Shown here piece by piece: positions 8,530 to 18,497 of a DNA stretch of 64,000 nucleotides. The position numbers were made by a program, and so were the translations under genes. Source of the DNA: Gemmatimonadota bacterium (GTDB lineage Bacteria > Gemmatimonadota > Gemmatimonadetes > Palauibacterales > Palauibacteraceae); assembly GCA_958295535.1 (NCBI GenBank), contig OY282356.1:2404378-2468377 (forward strand). The letters run 5' to 3'. The notes under the pieces are model-generated. The model ran no database searches. It was not told the origin of the DNA and saw only the letters and a list, made by a program, of their open reading frames with translations. Position 1 is the stretch's first letter. Each line of letters begins with the position of its first letter.

Positions 8530-10115
8530 GCAAAGCGAACCAGTACGACGCCATCGTCGTGGGCGGAGGGCACAACGGGCTGATCAATGCGGCGTACTTG
8601 GCCCGGGCCGGACTCCGCGTCGTCGTCCTGGAGCGCCGACACCTCGTCGGCGGAGCCGCGGTCACCGAAGAGATATTCCCAGGATACAAGTACTCGGTGG
8701 CGTCTTACGTCGTGAGCCTGCTCCGTCCGTCCATCATCCGCGATCTGGAGTTGGTGAAGCACGGACTGACGATCCTGCCGCTCGAAAGCACGATCACGCC
8801 CCTTCCCGGCGGCGACTATCTGGGCCGCTGGGCCGATCACGACCAGACGCGCCGCGAACTCTACCGGCACTCGGCCCGGGACGCCGATGCGTACGAGGAC
8901 TTCGGCACATTGATGTTCCAGCTGGCGCGGGCCGTGAAACCCCTGCTCGGCGTCGTCCCGCCCAACGTGGCCTCGCCCGGCCTGCGCGATCTGAGGACCC
9001 TGCTGTCGCTCGGCAAACACGGGCGGAGCCTGAGTCGACAGGAGGTGCACGCGCTATTCAAGCTGATGACGATGAGCGCAGCCGACTTCCTCGACGAATG
9101 GTTCGAGTGCGATCCGCTCAAGGCCACCATGTCGGCCAGCGGCATCATCGGCACCTTCCTGGGACCCCGCTCGCCGGGCACGGCCTACGTCCTTCTCCAC
9201 CACTACATCGGCGAGATCGACGGGGTGTTCCGCGCGTGGGGCTTCGCCAAAGGGGGGAATGGCATGGTCAGCGAGGCGATAGCGTCCTCCGCGCGGTCGC
9301 GCGGGGCCGAAATCCGCACCAACGCCGGCGTGGAGAGCGTTCTCGCGAAGAACGGGAGAGTTCAGGGCGTCGTCCTGGAGGGCGGAGACACGCTGACGGC
9401 GCCAACCATCGTCTCGGGAGTCGATCCGAAACGCACCTTCCTGCAGCTGCTCGACCCCGGCGAGCTGCCGGAGGACTTGACTGCTTCGATCCGGCGCTTC
9501 CGCATCCGCGGATCGTCGGGCAAGGTGAATCTGGCTCTCGGCGAGCTGCCCGAATTCTCATGTTTGCCTGGCCGCGGAGCGCACCACCGCGGAGCCTTCT
9601 CGATCAGCCCGAGCGTGAACTACCTGGAGCGCGCGTACGACGACGCGAAGTACGGCGGATTCTCCAGAAAGCCCTATATGGACATCCTCATCCCGTCGGC
9701 CATCGACCCCGGGATGGCGCCTCCGGGCCGCCACGTGATGTCGATCTTCGTCCAGTACGCCCCGTTCGACATCGAGGGAGGCTGGGACGACGCGAAGCGC
9801 GACGCCTTCGGCGATGCGGTCGTGGACACGCTATCGGAGTACGTGCCGAATCTCCGGGACGCGATCCTTCACCGGCAGGTGCTTACGCCACTGGACATGC
9901 AGGAAGAGATGGGGCTCACCGAAGGCAACATCTTCCACGGGGAGCTCTCGTTGCAGCAGCTCTTCTTCTTCCGTCCGGCGCCGGCATGGTCCGACTACCG
10001 CACGCCCATTCGCGGATTCTACCAGTGCGGGTCGGGGACTCACCCCGGCGGCGGCGTCTGCGGCGCGCCGGGGCGGCTGGCGGCCCGGGAGATCCTGAAG
10101 GACCTGTATAAGTGA
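8526..10115 (+). CDS. FAD/NAD(P)-binding oxidoreductase, phytoene-desaturase (CrtI, COG1233) family, paralog 1.
   Basis: GTG start gives [38 protein letters not shown], a Rossmann GxGxxG fold. About 529 aa. C-terminal motif [13 protein letters not shown]. The upstream frame in the ORF track is run-through. Confidence 0.75.
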   Translation: [529 protein letters not shown]

Positions 10116-11758
10116 CGGCGGACGCGGTCGTCATCGGAGCCGGACACAACGGACTCGTCGCGGGGGCGTATCTGGCCCGGGCCGGGTTGAGGGTCGTCAT
10201 CGTGGAGCGCCGCCGCGCTCCTGGGGGGTGCGCCGCTACGGAGGAGCTGTGGCCCGGCTACCAAGTCGACACCGGGGCGCACAGCCTGGTCGCGATCGAC
10301 AGCCGGGTAGCGCGCGACCTCCGTCTGGCGGATGCCGGGGCCGAGTTCCTCTCTCCCGACCCGTGCATCGTGTCGCCCCAGGAGGGCGGCGGCGCGCTCA
10401 TCCTCGGACACGACGCGGCTCGCACCGCCGGCTGCATACGGCGCTTCTCCGAGCGCGACGCCGCGCGCTGGCCGGAGTTCCTGGCCGCGATGTCCAGGGC
10501 GGCCCGCACCCTCTCGGCGCTCTACGCGACCCTGCCGCCCAAGCTGGCCGTCCCCGGTCGCGGCGAGGTGGGAGAGTTGCTTCGGCTCGCCGTCCGGCTG
10601 GGGCGGACGGGCAGGCGGGATGCCGTCGAACTGCTGCGGCTGATCCCCATGTCGGTCGACGAATTGCTCGGCGAGTGGTTCGGGAGCGACGCCGTCAAAG
10701 GGACCCTCGCCGCGACCGCGATCCGCGGCATCTGCCAGGGGCCGATGGCACCCGGGACAGCGTACATGTTCCTGCACCAGATGGTCGGCGCAGACGGCGT
10801 AGTCGGCCGGCGGCGCCAGCTACGGGGCGGGATGGGAGCGCTGGGCGAAACCTTGCAGCGGATCGCCGAGGCGGCCGGGGCGGAGATACGGCTGGGCCGC
10901 TCCGTGAAGTCGGTCACGGTGGACGACGACGGGCGCGCCACGGGGATCGAACTCGCCTCCGGCAAGCGAATAGCGGCAAGGTACGTCATCTCGGGCGCCG
11001 ACCCCGGCCAGACCCTCCTCGGCATGGTGGACTCCGGCGAGCTGGCCCCGGAATTCTCGCGCGCCCTGACCAACATCAGGTACCGGGGAGTCTGCGCGAA
11101 GGTGCATCTCGCTCTGGCGAGGGCGCCGCGCCTGCGCGGAGTCGACGGCAGCGGCGCGGATGCGGCAAGCCCCTGCGGCTCCGGTGCCGCCGAAGAGGCC
11201 GTGCTGGCAGGCGCGGCGCTAACGATTGCGCCCAGCATCGAGTACGTCGAGCGCGCGTACGATGACGCCAAGTACGGCCGGCCCTCCGAATCGCCGGTGA
11301 TTGACGCCGTGCTGACGACCGCGCTCGACCCCGGCTTGGCGCCCGAAGGCCGCCATGTGCTCTCCGCGCTAGTCCAGTACGCCCCTTTCTCGCTGGCCGA
11401 CGGACAGTGGAACGAAGCGCGCGAGGAAGCGCTGGGAGATGCGGTCGTATCGGCGCTCGCTACCTACGCGCCCGAGTTGCCAAACCTGATCGTGCACCGT
11501 CACGTGCTTGGCCCCGCCGGCCTGGCCAGACGCTTCGCCCTCCCGGAGGGCAACATCTACCACGGCGAAATGACGCTCGACCAAGTCTTCTTCGGACGAC
11601 CGCTTGCAGGCTGGGCCAGATATCGGACGCCGGTCGAGAACCTCTATCTGTGCAGCGCCGGCACGCACCCCGGCGGCGGCCTAGACGGGCGCCCCGGGGC
11701 AGCCGCAGCCGCAAGGATATTGCGGGACCACAAACGCGGACGGCGGCGCAACCGGTAG
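10112..11758 (+). CDS. FAD/NAD(P)-binding oxidoreductase, phytoene-desaturase (CrtI, COG1233) family, paralog 2.
   Basis: 548 aa. [29 protein letters not shown]. Same architecture as the upstream paralog (C-terminal [12 protein letters not shown]). GTGA overlap with the upstream stop. Confidence 0.75.
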   Translation: [548 protein letters not shown]

Positions 11759-11792
11759 GCGGGCCGCCAAGACGGGGGCCGCAAGGGCTTGG

Positions 11793-12773
11793 CTAGCCGA
11801 GCAACTCCTCGACCGCCGCGCGCTCCTCCCGCAGCTCCATGTCCGTCACGGCCATGCGGCTGCGGCTGAAGTCGGTCAACTCCAACCCCTCGACCACCGA
11901 GTAGTCCCCTCCCGCGCACTTCACCGGGTGCGAGTAGACAACTCCCTCCGCCACGCCGTAACGACCCTCGGCGTGGACCGCCATGCTCGTCCAGTCGGCG
12001 GATGGCGTCCCGTTCACCCAGCTTCGCATGTGGTCGATCGCCGCCGATGCCGCAGAAGCGGCCGACGACGCTCCCCGCGCGCCGATAATCTCGGCGCCCC
12101 GCTTCTGCACCCTGGGGATGAAGGATTCTCGATACCAGCTTTCCTCCACCAATCCGGCTGCCGGTTCGCCGGAGACGGTGCAGTGAGAAATGTCCGGATA
12201 CTGCGTCGCCGAGTGATTCCCCCAGATCGTCATGCGCCGGATGTCCCGCGAGTGCGCGCCCGTCTTCCCGGCAAGCTGGCTTAGCGCCCTGTTGTGGTCG
12301 AGCCGCGTCATCGCGGTGAACTGGCGGCGGTCCAGTCCGGGAGCGTTGGCCGACGCGATCAGGCAGTTGGTGTTCGCCGGATTCCCCACCACGAGGACGC
12401 GAACGTCGGGCGAGGCGCTCTCGGAAAGAGCCATGCCCTGCGGACCAAATATCTTTCCGTTGTCGGCCAGCAGATCGCCTCGTTCCATCCCGGCGCCGCG
12501 CGGCTTCGCCCCGACCAGCAGCGCATAGTCGGCTTCGTCGAACCCCTCGTTGGCATTCGATGTGCTTACAACCCCGGCCAGGAGCGGGAAGGCGCAGTCG
12601 TTCAGCTCCATCTCGACGCCCGCCAGCGCACCCAGCGCGGGCGGTATCTCGATCAGTTGAAGCACCACCGGTTGATCCGGCCCAAGCATGTCGCCCGCGG
12701 CGATCCTGAAGGCAAGGGCGTATCCGATGTTTCCCGCCGCTCCGGTGATGGCTATCCGTGATGGTTCAGTCAC
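11793..12773 (-). CDS. mdh: Malate dehydrogenase (NAD-dependent, LDH-like type 2 MDH).
   Basis: 326 aa. N-terminal Rossmann motif [12 protein letters not shown]. Conserved MDH motifs (RLDHNRA, TIWGNHS). Confidence 0.85.
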   Translation of the reverse strand: MTEPSRIAITGAAGNIGYALAFRIAAGDMLGPDQPVVLQLIEIPPALGALAGVEMELNDCAFPLLAGVVSTSNANEGFDEADYALLVGAKPRGAGMERGDLLADNGKIFGPQGMALSESASPDVRVLVVGNPANTNCLIASANAPGLDRRQFTAMTRLDHNRALSQLAGKTGAHSRDIRRMTIWGNHSATQYPDISHCTVSGEPAAGLVEESWYRESFIPRVQKRGAEIIGARGASSAASAASAAIDHMRSWVNGTPSADWTSMAVHAEGRYGVAEGVVYSHPVKCAGGDYSVVEGLELTDFSRSRMAVTDMELREERAAVEELLG

Positions 12774-13251
12774 ATTGCTATCCGTGCTCGCTCGGTGATC
12801 CGTAGTTGGTCGGTCGTTATCGCGCTTGGCCAGTCATAGCGCTTGGTCGGTCATAGTCGGTCGCAATGGTCGCAACGACGGTTGCAGGGCACAATATAGC
12901 ACTGCTCCGCTACCCTCATAGTTACGTGACCGGTAAACTCCTGCTGGCACCGGTCGGCAACGGTATTGGCCCCGGCGGGATGCGCTACCGGCCCCGGTCG
13001 GAAATGGCGCGGGCCCCGGCGGGCGACCCCTTGTCCGAACTCCGCCAGCACATGGATCTGTCCGCCGCGCGGGCGTGACGCTACCGGGCCCGCCGACGAT
13101 AGGGATTCTTGGCCGCACGGGCGAGCGCCCCGTCGATTATGGCCAACCGGCGACAGACCTCGGTTGCGCCGTCCGGGACCATCGCTTCCCGGATGGGCGG
13201 CGGAAGAAGAACTTCAGGGCGCGGCATCAGCGAAGAGTGCGGCAACTGGGC

Positions 13252-13323
13252 ACAACGCCAGACGCGGCGCCAAGCACAACGCCAGACGCGGCGCTAGGCA
13301 CAGCGCCAGATGCGGCCCCATAC
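13252..13323. repeat. 24-bp tandem repeat x3 (GCACAACGCCAGACGCGGCGCCAA-like) in the long intergenic region upstream of the symporter operon.
   Basis: Three consecutive near-identical 24-mers read directly. The same intergenic region also contains TCATAGCGCTTGGTCGG x2 near 12825-12860. Confidence 0.6.
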
Positions 13324-13417
13324 GCGGAGAGAATAGCTCATCACACATACCGCTGTTGGCCGACAAGACTCCGAACGAGCCGGACCGGCGAAACCTGCCG
13401 CCCCGGCCTGCCGGGGC

Positions 13418-13924
13418 ATGGCGCTACTACTCGCGCTCGGCGCGATCCTTCTCGCGATGCTCGTTGCCGCAGTCATAGCGGGCGCCGGGCGAGGGGGCCC
13501 GGCTCCGCACCCCGAGTACGGGCCGATGCTGCAAGGCATCGATGGCGGAACCCTGGGCGCTCCCCTCTGGGCGGGCTACGCCGCGGGGATCGCGACCATC
13601 GGCATGATGTGGCTCATGATGAGGATAGGGATGAGGCCCGGCCACTGGATCCACCGCGTGATCACCGGCTGGACGGCCGCGTACATCCTCATCTTCATCT
13701 TTCTAATGCAGTCGTTCGGCGGCTACGCCAGCGGCACGACAGGCACCTTCCTCGGCTTCGCGACCCCCACTGCCTGGCTGGTCTACGGCATCGGTTTCGC
13801 GCCCTGGATTCCCCTGCTGGCCTTGACCCTGTCGTTCGAGAACGCATACGCCGGCCCCGAGGCGGAGGCCCGTTTCCGCGAGATACTAGCGGAGTCCGGG
13901 GCGGCGTCCCGGCCGGACGCCTAG
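13418..13924 (+). CDS. Small polytopic membrane protein, probable small subunit (DUF4212-like) of a sodium:solute symporter.
   Basis: 168 aa, very hydrophobic with 3-4 predicted TM helices. Ends 21 nt before the SSS transporter gene on the same strand. Confidence 0.5.
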   Translation: MALLLALGAILLAMLVAAVIAGAGRGGPAPHPEYGPMLQGIDGGTLGAPLWAGYAAGIATIGMMWLMMRIGMRPGHWIHRVITGWTAAYILIFIFLMQSFGGYASGTTGTFLGFATPTAWLVYGIGFAPWIPLLALTLSFENAYAGPEAEARFREILAESGAASRPDA

Positions 13925-13945
13925 CCGCCGGGAAAGGACGGGCCG

Positions 13946-15436
13946 GTGGAAGCGAATCGGGCGCAGATCGCTCTTCTGGCCATAGTCGGCTACATGCTGC
14001 TCTGTGTCGGCGTCGGACTCTGGTCGCTCGGACGGACGAAATCGACGAAGGACTTCTTCGTCGCCGGGCGACGCTTGGGCGTAGTGGTCACGGCGTTCGC
14101 GATCTTCTCCACCACCATGAGCGGATTCGGTTTCGTCGGCGGCCCCGGGCTCGTGTATTCGATGGGTACCAGCTCGATCTGGATACTCTCCACGATAGTC
14201 TCTTCCAACATCATCGTCCTCGCCCTTGTGGCGAAACGTCTGCGGATGGTGGCGGAGCTTCGAGGCTGCGTATCGCTTCCCGCCGTGGCGGCCGCCCGCT
14301 ACGACTCGCGTTCGGTGCAGGCATGGGTCGCGGTAGTGATCCTGCTGGGCGTGCTGGGCTATCTGGCCACCCAGATACTGGCGATGTCGTTCGTGCTTCA
14401 GAGCGTCCTGGCCGCTGCGGGAGTCTTCCAGGCGCCAAGCCTGGGGCTCTGCGTCGCCATTTCCTGCACGGTGCTGATCTTCTACTCGGTGACCGGCGGG
14501 ATCGTCGCTTCCGTCTACACGGATGTCGTTCAGGGGGCGATCATGATCGTCGCGGCGGTCCTTGTCTTTCTCACCGTTATCGGGACAGTGGACGGCGGCA
14601 TGGCGGAGATCAGCCGAATCGTGGCGCGGGACGACCGGGCGGCGGGCGGACCGTGGGGAACTCTCGGCATGATCGGCGCGCTGTCGTGGTTCTTCGTGTT
14701 CGGCCTGGGCGTGGCCGGACAGCCCCACATCGTCACCAAGTTCATGATGCTCAAGCGATTGGGCGAACTGCGGTACGTGATACCGCTCAGCGTTCTCGCG
14801 TACACGACGACGGCGCTTCTCTGGATCGGCATCGGCTTCGCCATGCGCGCCCTGGTGATCTCCGGAGCGCACCCGCCGCTCGCGGCCCCGGACGCCGCCT
14901 CAGCCGACTTTCTGCAGGCGGTGGCCCACCCCATCCTGGCGGGCGTCGTCTTCGCCGCGCTTCTCGCCGCCATCATGTCGACGGCTGACGCGTTCTTGAA
15001 CATCGGCGCTGCCGCCGTGATGCACGATCTCCCGAACGCGATCCGGGGCCGCTCGCTCCGCAACGAACTCGCCTGGGCCCGCATCGTCACGGCCTTGCTG
15101 GCCATCGCGGCCGCGCTCGTGGCACTCTACTCCGGCGATCTCGTGGCCCTGCTCGGCGCATTCGGCTGGGGCACCTTCGCCGCAGGTCTTGTTCCGGTAA
15201 TCGGGATCGGACTCAACTGGGCCCGGGCGAACGCCGCCGCCGCGAACGTCGCCATCGCAAGCAGCATCATCGTCAACTTCGGGCTCCGGCTAGGGGGCGT
15301 TCGCCTGCCTTACGGGATCGATCACGGCGCCGCCGCCCTGCTGGTCTCGCTCGTCCTCTTTCTTTCTATCTCGTTCTTGTCCAGACCGGCAGCCTCGCGG
15401 ATTCCCCGCGATATCGAGGATGTCATGAGAATCTGA
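13946..15436 (+). CDS. Sodium:solute symporter (SSS family) transporter.
   Basis: 496 aa. Multi-TM. Conserved SSS N-terminal region (KSTKDFFVAGRRLGVVVTAFAIFSTTMSGFGFVGGPGLVY). Confidence 0.8.
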   Translation: MEANRAQIALLAIVGYMLLCVGVGLWSLGRTKSTKDFFVAGRRLGVVVTAFAIFSTTMSGFGFVGGPGLVYSMGTSSIWILSTIVSSNIIVLALVAKRLRMVAELRGCVSLPAVAAARYDSRSVQAWVAVVILLGVLGYLATQILAMSFVLQSVLAAAGVFQAPSLGLCVAISCTVLIFYSVTGGIVASVYTDVVQGAIMIVAAVLVFLTVIGTVDGGMAEISRIVARDDRAAGGPWGTLGMIGALSWFFVFGLGVAGQPHIVTKFMMLKRLGELRYVIPLSVLAYTTTALLWIGIGFAMRALVISGAHPPLAAPDAASADFLQAVAHPILAGVVFAALLAAIMSTADAFLNIGAAAVMHDLPNAIRGRSLRNELAWARIVTALLAIAAALVALYSGDLVALLGAFGWGTFAAGLVPVIGIGLNWARANAAAANVAIASSIIVNFGLRLGGVRLPYGIDHGAAALLVSLVLFLSISFLSRPAASRIPRDIEDVMRI

Positions 15437-15665
15437 AGTCGGGTCGGCCGACATCGATGATCTAACGTGAATCCGGCATCGGCGCCTCGCGAGCACGCAC
15501 ACGCCGCCACGCTCGATGAGGCGTGTGTGGCCAAGCCCGACTCCTTGTGCGCGACACCGGACCGTCGCAACCGTACTATGGTGTGCAGTTTTGAAGTCAT
15601 GATGATGTGCAGTTGACTTCGCGCGCACCCTGCGTCCCGGTCCCCGTAACCTCTGTCCATAGACC

Positions 15666-17150
15666 TTGGAGAGCCTGCCAATGCAAATGTCGAGCGCCGT
15701 CCGAATCCCGAGAATCTCGTCCGCCTTCCGTCCGTTCATAGGCGGATTCGCTCCTCTCTGCGCCGTGCTCGTATCTGGAGCCGCCATTGCCTTCGCGCCC
15801 TGCGGACTCGGCTTCAGACCGCTTGCCGGCTTCGGACCGCTTGCCGAACTCGCCCCCTCCGCCGCCCAGGAACGGTGGTTGGCGATCGAGGGCGGAACAG
15901 TCTTCGACGGCACCGGGGCCATTCACGAGAACGCGACCGTGCTGGTGCGAGACGATCGCATCGAGAAGATCGGGCGGGCAGGCGAGGTAGAAGTCCCGTC
16001 AAGCGCGGAGCGACTAGACGCCACGGGCAAGTTTCTTGCGCCAGGATTCGTCGACTTGCACTTCCACTACTCGCCCGGCGCGCACGCGTCGATCGATGGA
16101 TCGGGTGCGGACTCTTCCCCCGGGCTGCCCCTTCTCTTCCTGGCCAACGGAGTCACGACGCTCCGCGAGATGGGCATTTGGATAGAGGACAACGAGCGCT
16201 GGCTGTCCGAGGTGCGCGACTTGGGGCTTCCCACGCCGCGTCTGTTGTACTCCGGCCCCATTCTGGACGGGACTCGCCCCGCCTACCCCACGCTATCCAG
16301 GGTGTTGCTCGACGAGATGGATGCGCGCGCGGTCGCCAACGAACTCATGGACCAGGGCGCGACATCGTTGAAGGTGTACTTCCGGCTGCCGGCATCGCTG
16401 GCCGGCGCTGTGATAGAAGAGGCGGACAGGAGAAATGTGCCGGTTCACGGGCACCTGGAGATCGTCTCTCCGGGTGACGCGATCCGGCTAGGACTCGACG
16501 GCATCGAGCACACGAGATCGGTAGGGCAGGCGCTGGTCTCGCCGAAGGAGGCGGAGGCGTATCGGCAGGCCGTGCTGCTAGAGAGCGCGCACCGGTCGGA
16601 GGGGGGCTACGAACTGTGGGCCGGCCTGGACCCCCACGGACCGAGGGGAGAAGAGCTCATCCGCCTCATGTTGGAGCGGCAGGTCAATCTCGATGGCACG
16701 CTGGCCGTATTCGAGCCGCCGATGGATTCGGAAGAGCCTGGAGTCGAAGTGCGGTGGGCGGGGATGCGCACCATGGCCGCGTTCACCGTTCGCTACGCCA
16801 AAGCTGGCGGTTCGGTCACCATGGGATCGCACGGCTTGGTGGCGAATGCGCCGCCCGGACTGGCCTTCCAGCGCGAGTTGGAGACGCATGTCGAGGCCGG
16901 GATGACGCCGGCCGAGGCGCTTCTTGCCGCGACCAGAGTCGGCGCGGAGGCGCTGCGGCTGCCCGACCGGGGCACGCTGGTGCATGGCAATCTGGCCGAC
17001 ATCGTTCTCTTCGACGCCAGCCCGCTAGACGACATCGCGAACGCTCGCCTGGTTCATGCCGTTGTCCTGGGCGGCCAAGTGCTGGATCGCGACCGGCTGA
17101 TTGCAGCGGCGGGCGACCTTCAAGCCCGCGAGGCGTCGGGTTCCCGCTGA
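15666..17150 (+). CDS. Amidohydrolase-family metal-dependent hydrolase (secreted), second copy.
   Basis: 494 aa. N-terminal hydrophobic signal-like segment. Amidohydrolase motifs (FVDLHFHY, HGHLE, C-terminal Asp motif). Same layout as the gene at 37-1821. Confidence 0.75.
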   Translation: MESLPMQMSSAVRIPRISSAFRPFIGGFAPLCAVLVSGAAIAFAPCGLGFRPLAGFGPLAELAPSAAQERWLAIEGGTVFDGTGAIHENATVLVRDDRIEKIGRAGEVEVPSSAERLDATGKFLAPGFVDLHFHYSPGAHASIDGSGADSSPGLPLLFLANGVTTLREMGIWIEDNERWLSEVRDLGLPTPRLLYSGPILDGTRPAYPTLSRVLLDEMDARAVANELMDQGATSLKVYFRLPASLAGAVIEEADRRNVPVHGHLEIVSPGDAIRLGLDGIEHTRSVGQALVSPKEAEAYRQAVLLESAHRSEGGYELWAGLDPHGPRGEELIRLMLERQVNLDGTLAVFEPPMDSEEPGVEVRWAGMRTMAAFTVRYAKAGGSVTMGSHGLVANAPPGLAFQRELETHVEAGMTPAEALLAATRVGAEALRLPDRGTLVHGNLADIVLFDASPLDDIANARLVHAVVLGGQVLDRDRLIAAAGDLQAREASGSR

Positions 17151-17369
17151 ACTCAGGCTGTCCGCGACATCAGGCTCCCGCTGACCCTCGGGGTTTCTGC
17201 GACCTCGCAGGCTGCCCGTGCCTCCCAGGCTGCTTGTGACTCTTAGACTTCCTGCGATCCTAGGCTCTCGCTGACGCCGACAATCTCTCTATCGCTTCCT
17301 GCGTTTGCGTTCGTTCTTCCTGCGTCGGTGTTCGTTGCGTAGTACGCTCTTGCAGTCTTTCGGTCCGCT

Positions 17370-18272
17370 TTACCGCGCCGCGCCCAGCAGGTTGGCTCCT
17401 CCAGACCCCGACCCCCCGAAGCTGTACCGCAAGCCGACCGTGAGACCAAGGTAGGAAATGCTGTCCAGGGTGACCGTTGTCGTAAAGGGCGTAGTCCCGT
17501 CCGACTGCACAGGCGCGTGGCTCCGGATAGCGACCCAGCGAGCGTTCTCCGCCTGAACCATGCCCGACCTGGACCAACGGAACTTCGTCACCAGCGCAGT
17601 ATTGCCCGAGAGCGCGAATTCGATGCCGCCGACAGCTTGGTAACCCAGCGCCATGCCCGACACGGAAGCGTTCAGCAAACTCATCGTGCCCTCGGCAGAG
17701 TTCTGCCACTCCAGATCGCCTAAATCGGTCTTGCGCACCCAGCGGCCCATGTAGGTGGCATCCGTTCTTGTGAAACCAACGCCGCCACCTGCAAAGAACC
17801 TCACCGCCGATCCGCTCGTGGAAGCCAGGATGTTCAACCCGAGTTGGCTCGACTCGAAGTTCAGAAGACTTGCGGAGGGCGGATCGACAGTAGACCACTC
17901 GCTCTCCTTTGATTGAAGAGCTGCGTCATCGCTTCCGCCCATTCGCACCATCTGGCCCGGCTGCCTGCGGCGCAGGTACTCCAATTCGACGCGTAGCATC
18001 CCCATGGAGTACCCCAGGCTTACCGCGCCTCCGAAGCCCGTAGCCGCGCCGAATTGATTGGTTACGAAGCGTCCGGCCGTGCCGCCAGTGCATGCGGCGT
18101 CGGTCGGGGCGTCGGCGGCATTCGCGTACAGGAGGCGGTCGCACCGGGTAGGGTAGTTCACGCCGAAGAGGTCGCCGGTCACGCCGCCTGCACGGGCAGC
18201 GCCCAAATCGACGCCTAGGTATAGCTGTCCAGCGGTGTGCGTCGCCGCCCCAAACAAGACGACAAACACCAT
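17370..18272 (-). CDS. Outer-membrane beta-barrel protein (OmpA-like/porin-family barrel).
   Basis: Start taken at MVFVVLFGAATHTAGQ (signal peptide). Alternating amphipathic beta-strand pattern. C-terminal strand LRYSF. Gly/Ser/Thr-rich. The ORF-track start at 18389 is an upstream extension. Confidence 0.6.
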   Translation of the reverse strand: MVFVVLFGAATHTAGQLYLGVDLGAARAGGVTGDLFGVNYPTRCDRLLYANAADAPTDAACTGGTAGRFVTNQFGAATGFGGAVSLGYSMGMLRVELEYLRRRQPGQMVRMGGSDDAALQSKESEWSTVDPPSASLLNFESSQLGLNILASTSGSAVRFFAGGGVGFTRTDATYMGRWVRKTDLGDLEWQNSAEGTMSLLNASVSGMALGYQAVGGIEFALSGNTALVTKFRWSRSGMVQAENARWVAIRSHAPVQSDGTTPFTTTVTLDSISYLGLTVGLRYSFGGSGSGGANLLGAAR

Positions 18273-18424
18273 GAGCGCCGCCCGTATACCTGCTCTCGAC
18301 AAGGTCACTGTTCCACTCCTCCTGGTTACGGATGCCCCCGGCTGACGAGCGAGGGGGCGAAGCCTGCAAGCTACTGATCCCAAAGACATTACGTCTGGCC
18401 TGACCTCAGGCCTTACTTCTTCAG

Positions 18425-18497
18425 AAGCGGGCGACCGGGGTCGAACCGGCGACCTTCAGCTTGGAAGGCTGACGCTCTGCCAACTGAGCTACGCCCG
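18425..18497 (-). tRNA. tRNA-Gly (anticodon TCC).
   Basis: Reverse complement folds as a cloverleaf: GCGGGCG acceptor, TCAGC/GCTGA anticodon stem, loop CTTCCAA, GGTTCGA T-arm. About 73 nt. Confidence 0.8.
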
